DNA of 63,408 nt, filler included, from Octopus bimaculoides (taxonomy: Eukaryota): assembly GCF_001194135.2 (NCBI RefSeq). It is 7 parts of 6 records of this genome, joined end to end, with 100 filler letters (N's around TTAATTAATTAA, not from the genome) between each part and the next. Parts side by side here need not be neighbours in the genome. Positions count along the whole stretch, not along the records: positions 47,873 to 60,759 come from NC_068981.1; positions 60,860 to 63,408 come from NC_068996.1; 5 more parts are not named here. One strand, 5' to 3'. Shown here piece by piece: positions 54,015 through 63,408 of the stretch (the first letter of the stretch is position 1; every line of letters begins with the position of its first letter). The position numbers and the translations under genes were made by a program. The notes beneath the pieces are model-generated. The model had not been told where the DNA came from, made no database searches, and worked only from the letters and a program-made list of their open reading frames with translations.

Positions 54015-54123
54015 CTGAGTGACATGTTTTAATTTTTACAAAAGGCTTTTCAGTTTCCTTGTTAGTTATATCAGATAAGATAAAATAAATCAGCTTTGAG
54101 AACAACGTAATTGTTAACATGAA
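54015..54123 (-). CDS. Candidate coding exon of an unidentified gene
   Basis: TAG acceptor, strong CAG|GTAAGT donor, open frame FMLTITLFSKLIYFILSDITNKETEKPFVKIKTCHS; no family recognised. Confidence 0.25.
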
Positions 54124-54591
54124 CTAGTAATTGAGTTGTTATAGTGTTCCTCATTTTTTTGGTGCCATGACCATTACACAAAATCTTTGTGTAATCTTAA
54201 TTCAGATAATTGAATATCTTTGTTGGTTGAATGCAATTTATTTAAAAATAAATCTTAAATTTTCTTCAAAAATAAGAATAATTTTTGTCTAGGGAGAAAA
54301 GGGTTATTTGGTAGAAAGAAATCTTGTAATCTCAAATTTAAAGAGTCATTTGAGTAAAAGATAAATCCAACTGTCTGTGTAGCCTTTCTTTTTAATAGTT
54401 TGGGATTTATATAAAACTCTTGTCAAGTCTAACTTAAAGTATCATTGAGATGAACCATTTATGCTTTATTTTCTAAATGAAGCATAGTACCTAATATAAA
54501 ACATACCAACTTAAGTCATATCTCTGAATTCATATGTGAAGGCTGTTGAAATTAATTAACGACAAATCTTATTAGTGACAATTGTTTTCAT

Positions 54592-54975
54592 ATTGTTGTT
54601 GGCACTCCGTCGCTTTATGACATCGAGGGTTCCAGTTGATCCAATCAATGGAACAGCCTGCTCGTGAAATTAACGTGCAAGTGGCTGAGCACTCCACAGA
54701 CACGTGTACCCTTAACGTAGTTCTCGGGGATATTCAGCGTGACACAGTGTGACAAAGCTGACCCTTTGAATTACAGGCACAACAGAAACCAGAAGTAAGA
54801 GTGAGAGAAAGTTGTGGTGAAAGAGTACAGCAGGGTTCGCCACCATCCCTTGCCAGAGCCTCGTGGAGCTTTTAGGTGTTTTCGCTCAATAAACACTCAC
54901 AACACCTGGTCTGGGAATCGAAACCACGATCCTATGACCGCGAATCCGCTGCCCTAATCACTGGGCCATTGCGCC
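54592..54975 (-). mobile_element. Full-length family C SINE, relatively young
   Basis: Head GGCGCAATGGCCCAGTG..GGTTTCGATTCCC and tail ..GGAGTGCCAACAACAA; many CpGs retained. Confidence 0.85.
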
Positions 54976-55749
54976 TCCTTTCATATTATAATCACACAAT
55001 ATATTTTATGTATTTTCTTGTGTATCACTGCATATAAAATGTATGAATGCCAGGAATTTTTTTGAGACATTAACTTAAATATTACTACGATGATAGTGAT
55101 GACTACAGCTGTTTGCATTTAATTTGTAACCTTAACATGCTTCATATATGATTTTAGAATTAGATTCTGAAAACTTGTACTAATTCTGTATTAGTATGGT
55201 ATTGTTCCTCTCTGTTATCTCTCTCTCCCACCTAGCCCTGTGCTTTCCAAGTATGATTATCTTTCTCCCATCTTGCAGCCTGTGTAATGATGGATGACTT
55301 TGCGTTGGGTTTATCCATATTCAATCACCCTAATGCCATCATGCCCCACCCTTACCACTAACCATCAGTTTGTCTCCCCCATTTCACCCTCTCCTATCAT
55401 GCATTACTGCTATCACTCTCATATCATCCCTAAACCTCTTTTACTATCTTTATTGTTATCCACCACTCTTCTTACCATTATTAACTCTTTATTGTTATCC
55501 ATTATGCTCCTCTTCCACTCTCTCTCTCTCTCATTTTCAATTCTCTGTCTCCCTCTCTCTCTCATTTTCAATTCTCTGTCTCCTTCTCTCAACCGATTAT
55601 GCCACCCATGATAGTGTTTCTAATCAACATGTAGTCTCTCTCTCTCTCTCTCTATCTCTCTTCTGATTTTCACTCTCCTTTCAACTTCTTACTCTAGCTT
55701 TCATCAATCCTTCACTCATCTTACCAATAACAATTCTCTCTCTCTCTCT

Positions 55750-55810
<61 letters not shown>

Positions 55811-56721
55811 TCCAGTGGTGACTCTCTTCCTATCCAGCTGTGTGGAGAAACAAAAGAATGAACAAAGACAACACAGGGAAAAGAAGACTCCTTAAGTTTT
55901 TTAGGAGCAAAGCAATTTTCTCTGAGACTGCTAAACAAACAGATAATGTACAGTAATAAGGACTCTTTAAACTTACTGCACTCAATACACTTTGTAAAGA
56001 GGTTTATAATAGGAAAGGCATCCAGCCATAGAAACTATACCAAATGTTGATTATGTTGACTTTTTAGCAAACAACACTTCACTGAATTTTTTTCTGAAAT
56101 GACTTTTTATCAAACCTTAAAATAACTTTCCATACATTAGTTTTGTAAATGTATTTTGTTGAATAATTTTAAATATAGAACATAGTTATTTACATGTAAT
56201 AAATGCTGCAGATGACAGATATTTAAAAAAATATATTATTTTGTAAAATAATACACATACATCACACACATCTACTTTCATAATATAACTAGATCAATTT
56301 AACATCCTGTACAAATTTTAAAGTTGATTAAATGTTTTTTAATTATATTTTCAGATGAAGATTCTATTTTTATTTTATAATAAGATTTATTTTGCATGAA
56401 AATTGCTGTGACATGTAGCACTTATTTTATATTAAAAAGTATTTCTGTATTTAAAATTGTCCAGTGGATAAAACTATTCGCCAAGATAATTATATACAAA
56501 ACTAATGTATGTAAAGTAATTTTTAAAATTAAATTTTTGAACGAAATTCTTTTTTTGATTTTACAGTAGAAATTATTTCATACAGTTTCTGTCTACACAC
56601 AAACAAAGCATTTGTCAGTTCAAGACTGTGGTAGAAGAGAAGACTCTTATCCAAGGTACCATGTAGTGGGACTGAACTTAATTGAGAACTAGATTTCTTA
56701 ACCACATAGTGATGGTTGTGC

Positions 56722-56793
<72 letters not shown>

Positions 56794-56919
56794 GTAAGCA
56801 CATAAATGCAAAACATGGTGGAAAAAGTATGATCACAACTGTCTGACAAACTAATATGAAAGTGAATAACTATTTGTGAAGATATTTTGGGCTTTAATAA
56901 AAATGTGTGTGTGTGTATG

Positions 56920-56951
<32 letters not shown>

Positions 56952-57598
56952 TTTTGACTTCAGTATTTACTATAGTCAGCGAGTTGGCAACATCATTACT
57001 GTGCCAGAAAAAAATGCTCAGCAGCATTTTTTCTAACTTTATGTTCTGGGTTCAAATCCTGCCATGGTTAATAAAATATGTCAACCCAAGTGTTCAACTG
57101 GGTTTGACATAATCAACTTACTCCCACTCTTGAAATTGCTGGCCTTGTGCCAAAATTTGAAACCGCTGTTTACTATAGTTATGGTAGATGCTGTAGAGAA
57201 AGAAATAAACTTGCCGTGAGCTGATTCTACTGGCTAATTTTCATTCCCATTTCATTCTTTCAGTACTCAAGAAAAATGTATTATGGACATTACAAAATAT
57301 CTTCAGACTATAAAAGAAGTGTAATTTTTTTTTTTTCAATTTTGTTTTTTTTTTAATCTGAATAAGTGTAAAGAGAAATAGTTGAAATGTAAGTTGAAAA
57401 ATAAAGTTCTGAGATCAAATGTTTGCTAGCTACCTTCCTGTAATCCCTATAAAATTATTACCCATACTTTGATTTCTGACTCTGTGTGTCAGGAGGGGTA
57501 TGGCAAATTGTTTTTAGCAACCACTGGCTGATATTTTGTTTCTAAAGATTTTATTAGAAATTTTACATCTGCTACATTTTATCTAATATATGTGTACA

Positions 57599-57640
<42 letters not shown>

Positions 57641-58074
57641 TTTGCACTGGTTTTGTACCAATGTCATCTTCACCTGCTCTATTAATTTTAATCTCTTAGA
57701 TTTCTCAATTATAATAGACTAACGAATTACAATGAATCTGAAAATTCTGTTAGCAGAGTAGCAATTTATTTCTCTCCTGAGGGCTTTGGAATCTCTACAA
57801 TGTCATTTCAGGGCACAGCTGTCTTATAATCTTTTAGTTTATAACACATTAATTGGCTTAATTTTAGATATCATCTTTATTTTAACTCTCTACTGGGGGG
57901 AAAAAAAAAAAGACTTTTTCTCCAAGATTAGGGGTGATACTTAACCCTGTCAATATTTATTGAGCCATGAATCAGTCTTCTGTTCAAAGTGGAATTTATA
58001 CCTAATGATGGCTAGTATTTTGAAAACATTAAAGCATATTTCATAGATCTAAAAGCGATGTAGTATAGAATTAG

Positions 58075-58305
58075 CAAGCTGCATGGCATCTTCATTTGTG
58101 CTGGTAACACAAAAATAACACACATTACATGCTGTAAAGTGGTTGGTATTAGAAAGAGCATCCAGCCATAGAAATCATACCGAAGTAGACGGTAGAGTAT
58201 GATGCAGTGTTTAGACCCATCTGATCCTGCCAAACCATCCAGTCCATACCTGTATGGAACATGGACTTAAATGATGGTGGTGATGATGATGTCATCATCA
58301 TCATC
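58075..58305 (+). mobile_element. SINE family T, degenerate
   Basis: GGTTGGTATTAGAAAGAGCATCCAGCCATAGAAA..GGACTTAAATGATGGTGGTGATGATG. Confidence 0.7.
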
Positions 58306-58467
58306 ATCATTTTTTTGCCATACTTTAATGCTTTAATGAGATGATCTGGTCTGTTCAAGCACAGATAGCTCATCATGGAAGCAACTTTTGCTAGCCTCAC
58401 ATCAATTTTCAATAAGGGAAACAAAAAATCTGGAATCTGGTAACTGTTTTCCTTTACTTAAAAATAC

Positions 58468-58576
58468 CTCACGCAAAGCCTGTAAACCATTTCTAGGGTG
58501 TTCTGCATCAGCAACATCTAGACTATTGGATTGTGTAATGAGGAGTTTAAGTATGAATGCCAGAGGAAAAATGAAT
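58468..58576 (-). CDS. Candidate coding exon of an unidentified gene
   Basis: CAG acceptor, GAG|GTATTT donor, open frame FIFPLAFILKLLITQSNSLDVADAEHPRNGLQALRE; its phase-0 end fits the phase-0 start of 54015-54123. Confidence 0.3.
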
Positions 58577-61267
58577 CTGTTTCAGACTCTTACTTTTGTC
58601 TTAGAGAGGTCGGAGAGATGGTGGTACTGTCATTTTTGTTTAAGTCAGTGAATTTACTTGTCTATATATACCCAATGTGATAGTACCACTTTCTCTTTAG
58701 TCTCAACCACTTTTATTTACAAAGATACATCAATATATGTCGTTTTTGTTTTCTTTTCACCTATACATTGGCTTAGTTCTGAACTCTACTTTAAAATAAA
58801 AATCCCTCACTTCATTACAGCTCACCTCTGCCCATGTTAGTCATCTTTGACAGTAGAACTTTCTTTTTTTGTGCAATTTTTTTTCTATTGTCTCCAAATT
58901 TCAGTGGGTACTGACTGTTGCTGCAATACCATTCATTTTTTTGTTTTTCAATCCATTTTCCAATCTACTTTTTCGAAAGGATCTCTAGCTTTCTTCAATG
59001 CTTCTTTGTATGTATCTAGCTTTTAACCTCTTTCACTGTCATGACAAATCATTTTGCAAGGAATACATTTTTCTTTTCTAAATTTATTTTTGTTATACAG
59101 AAAGTTTGCTAGTTGGTCTCTTTAGGATTCATATGACCTACCTCCTGCCAAATAATCAGCATCATGAAAGTCTAGTACCCTCACTCCTTTGTTTCCTGTT
59201 CCATGTCCATAAACTCTTCACATGATAATCATTTGACTTCCCCATAAATTTTCCATAGTATATATAATAATGTCATTGTCATCCAGCTATAGAATGGTTT
59301 TGAGAATGAGTCACAAAATAAGTCTTTTGTTTCATTTGCTACTCCTCTCCATACAGTTTTCATATGACTGTCTATAAGTAGCCCAAACAGTCAAATTCTG
59401 TCATTAAAGTGTTCCTATTTATTTTTCTATTCATCTCTATCTAGGAGTAAACAAGAAACTTTATGTCAAAAAAGAGTTTACAAATTAAGTATTTTTAAGT
59501 TAAAAACCCATGCCAGTACTTCAGTACTTTTAACATGTAACTGATGGATTATGAAAAGACCTTACAAGAGATTAAACTGGTGAATTATATGCACAGATAG
59601 CATTGAAATAGGCAGCTAAGACATTTTTTTCTGCATAGTTACATGAAGCATTGAGGAAGGAAACAATTTTGTCTGGCATATGATTATCTTGAAAAACGTT
59701 GAAAAAAATGTTTAAAAATGGAATACTTCAAAATAGGAGTGATTATCTTCTGAAGTGTTGTGTGTAAGGAGAGGGAGGGGGTGTGTTTCATTGTTTCTAT
59801 TTTTTTAAAATCACTTTTTGCTGTTTGTTAATAAAGTTATATGATCGTTTATTTCATTAGTTTTGGTAAAGGTCTTAGTGTTTACTATAAACATTTTTAT
59901 GCTTCATAAACTATTTAAGAAATGAGTCAAGTATTCCAAAACATTTCAATTCAAATTATTGTCATCTAATGAGTAAGGATCTTCATACATTTAATTTAAA
60001 ATATATCTTCTGAGTTACTTCTCATTAGAGTGATTATCTTTTAAAATGTTTACACATTTTAATTTCTTTTTTCAACTTCTCTTATCCCTCAATTTATGTA
60101 CACAACTTTAATTTCATTCAAAATATCTAGGACAATGATTTTTTTTTTTCATCTCTCATCTTCCATTTTGAGAGTAATTTTGAAACTTTCTATTGGTAGG
60201 TTTTGAAATGGTGTGGCATGCTTGTTGTGTTGCCATTTCAGTGAGCAGGATTCAATTTTGTTTGAAACAAAAGCAGGATTGTGGTTCAGGATTCACTTTA
60301 TGTAAATTTTTTGTTTGTGTCCATTTTGTGCTTACGTACATACCCTAGCAGAGATAACTGGCATTGCTCAGGATTAACATGGCATAGATTTTATTCTTCT
60401 ACATGTTTCGGCCATGTGACTGGCCATGCTGGTCCACCACCTTTAGTCAAACAAATCGACCCTAGGATTTCTTCTTTCAAAGCCTAGTATTTATTCTATT
60501 GATGACTTTTGCCACACTGCTGACTTCTGGGGATGTCAACACACCAATATCAAGTGTTGAGCAATGGTGAGGGTACGCACACACACAACTATACACATAT
60601 ATATCATGGTCTTCTTTCAGTTTCTGTCTACCTAGTCCACTCACAAGGATTTGATCAGCCTTAGGCTATAGTATATATATGTGTGTGTGTGTGATATATA
60701 TATATATATGTGATATATATATATGTGATATATATATGTGATATATATATATATATATANNNNNNNNNNNNNNNNNNNNNNNNNNNNNNNNNNNNNNNNN
60801 NNNTTAATTAATTAANNNNNNNNNNNNNNNNNNNNNNNNNNNNNNNNNNNNNNNNNNNNCAGAGAGTTACTTACGTTTCTTGCTTAACTAAAAGAAATTT
60901 TATTTAACAAACTGTGACGCTAAAGACCGAGGTTACCGTGGTCTTTTCGTAGGTTTTTCTTTCCACGGATAACCTCCCCATTTATTGGGAATCTTTTGTA
61001 TTATTTCGTATTTTTTGTAAATACCCCAAACGTTTTGCGATGTTTTTTTTTCATCGTTGTCCCCACTTTTGTTTTTTTTTCTGCTTTGTTTTCGACCCCC
61101 TCGAAAAGAAAAACTCTACATTTGTATTTTGTCCCCTCTGTGTTGAGCCCTGTGTGGCTAATAAAGAAACCTATCTATCTATCTATCTATCTATCTGTCT
61201 GTCTATCTATCTATATATCAATATCTATCTGTCTATCTATTTATCTATCTATATGTAAGAACATATA

Positions 61268-61324
<57 letters not shown>

Positions 61325-62716
61325 GTGGATATATATGTATGGGTGTGTAGGTATCTATGTATAAACATGCGTACAATCATATAAGCATGCATACATAAAT
61401 AGATGCATACATAAATAGATGCATACATATATGCATATATACATATAGCCAAGTGTGTGTTTGTGTGTGCGTCTGTGTGTGTGTGTGCGTGCGCGTGTGT
61501 ACGTATGATAAACACAGGCACGAGTTTATAAATCGAAAACTTTGATTATGTCTTTTTGTTTTTCTTTTGCAGTATTTTATTCCTTGAATATGTTTGTGTG
61601 TGTAGCTAGAGAGGAAGATGAGTATAAACGTATCTGTAGTTTGAATATGAAAATGACATAACGCAATGCAAACAGACTGTATTTTGTGAGCATGTCGGTG
61701 ACACTTACGAGTGATGTCCTAAGGTGTTAGAGGTAAGGATTCAATTCAAACAAATACTTCTTTCCTTCTCATATGTATATATATATATATNNNNNNNNNN
61801 NNNNNNNNNNNNNNNNNNNNNNNNNNNNNNNNNNNNNNNNNNNNNNNNNNNNNNNNNNNNNNNNNNNNNNNNNNNNNNNNNNNNNNNNNNNNNNNNNNNN
61901 NNNNNNNNNNNNNNNNNNNNNNNNNNNNNNNNNNNNNNNNNNNNNNNNNNNNNNNNNNNNNNNNNNNNNNNNNNNNNNNNNNNNNNNNNNNNNNNNNNNN
62001 NNNNNNNNNNNNNNNNNNNNNNNNNNNNNNNNNNNNNNNNNNNNNNNNNNNNNNNNNNNNNNNNNNNNNNNNNNNNNNNNNNNNNNNNNNNNNNNNNNNN
62101 NNNNNNNNNNNNNNNNNNNNNNNNNNNNNNNNNNNNNNNNNNNNNNNNNNNNNNNNNNNNNNNNNNNNNNNNNNNNNNNNNNNNNNNNNNNNNNNNNNNN
62201 NNNNNNNNNNNNNNNNNNNNNNNNNNNNNGTTAAATGAAGAATTGTCTGAGATATAATCTCTTCCAATACTTTAGTTAAAAAAACAAAATGCGTCGGAGA
62301 TAAACGAACTTAACGGCGATTTTAATTCAAAGCCGTTTCAACCGTGTAACACTGAGTTTTTCTGCAGCCTGGCACTGCCAATGAATTTTCACTATTTTCT
62401 TTCAGACAGTTCCACAGATTATAGTTCTAACAGTGTGTGTACGTTTAGTATGATACACTAGTAGATATTCTGTTTTAATGCTGCAGCACTTAGTACCCTG
62501 GACTTGCTTCTACAGACTGGCAAGATTCCACAATGCCAGTGAACGTTTTATCTCTTGCTCTCTTTATATCGTGACACGAAATTTGTTTAGGCAGGCGCTG
62601 ATTGGTTGCGCAGCACTGAGAAGCTTCAAGAATGGTAAACCACGTCTGTCGTTCTCTTGAGTGACTACAGCAACAACGTTCATCTAGCTACAGTATATAT
62701 TATGTCTTTAAGTAAA

Positions 62717-62935
62717 AGCGCATGGCTCAGTGGTTAGAGCATTGGGCACAGAATCATGAGGTAGTGAATTTGATTCCGGGATCGGGCTGTGTGTTGTGTT
62801 CTTGAGCAAGACACTCTATTTCACATTGCTCAACTCCACTCAGCTGTAGAAATGAGTTGCGACGTCACAGGTGCCAAGCTGTATCAGCCCCTTTGCTTTT
62901 CCTTTTGATAACATCGGTGGCGTGAAGAGGGGAGG
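62717..62935 (+). mobile_element. Family D SINE, 3'-truncated
   Basis: GCGCATGGCTCAGTGGTTAGAGC..CACTCAGCTGTAGAAATGAGTTGCGACGTCAC, as in 15880-16214. Confidence 0.85.
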
Positions 62936-63262
62936 CTATCGAAGCAGACCAATTATTAACTTTTACGTGGAGCTAAACATCAATAAACATAACCATACCC
63001 GCAGTGCAATAAAACAAAAAAAAAACCCAAAAGCCCTACAGCATCCTCGTTTTCTGATGACATTGAAATTGTTCTTGCTTTATGGCATGCTATTCAAGAG
63101 ATTTTAGATGGCTAATTACATCGTATTTTAAACATCAACACACATTGGTTAGTAGGTAGGAATACTATTGGAATAAACCAAAAGAAACTGTACTTGTCTG
63201 ATATCAATATGGAAGCATTTTATAAGTATTAAATGAGCATTTTCAAAATTAGTTGACATCTA

Positions 63263-63350
<88 letters not shown>

Positions 63351-63369
63351 TATTATTATTATTATTATT
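63263..63369. repeat. (TAC)n-(TAA)n-(TTA)n compound microsatellite
   Basis: Direct reading. Confidence 0.95.
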
Positions 63370-63408
63370 GTTCAGTAGTTTTATTTTTATAACGTGCTTT
63401 CACTTCAC

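Noticed and set aside
63053-63067. CTGATGA-CATT-GAAA
   Set aside because: No room for helix II; no helix I or III.
63307-63369. (TAA)n/(TTA)n inverted junction as a functional hairpin
   Set aside because: A common by-product of microsatellite turnover.

Overview
AT-rich, repeat-dense animal genomic DNA from a fragmented draft assembly. It has many N gaps, and six of them carry an artificial TTAATTAATTAA linker, so neighbouring blocks may not be adjacent in the real genome. The tRNA-derived SINE families and microsatellite load resemble an octopus (coleoid cephalopod) genome; this is recalled knowledge, not a database result. No intact host gene is recognisable, and almost all ORF-track entries are microsatellite or gap artefacts. 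Real coding signal is transposon-derived: a nearly full-length Tigger/pogo DD32D transposase (49984-51461, one frameshift), two mariner relics, two Penelope-like (RT + GIY-YIG) relics, RTE, CR1/L2 and Tx1-like LINE fragments, and an R4/Dong-like 3' end inside (TAA)n. A Merlin-like MITE with an 8-bp TSD is also present. The most interesting signal is RNA-level: two minimal type I hammerhead ribozymes (43312-43380 +, 20791-20851 -), a decayed one (323-385 -) and two half-sites, all with palindromic or near-palindromic helix III. Other notable structure includes near-perfect hairpins (61-bp and 34-bp arms), a 52-bp minisatellite, a 2.7-kb-spaced inverted duplication, block-wise CpG depletion and a few candidate exons.
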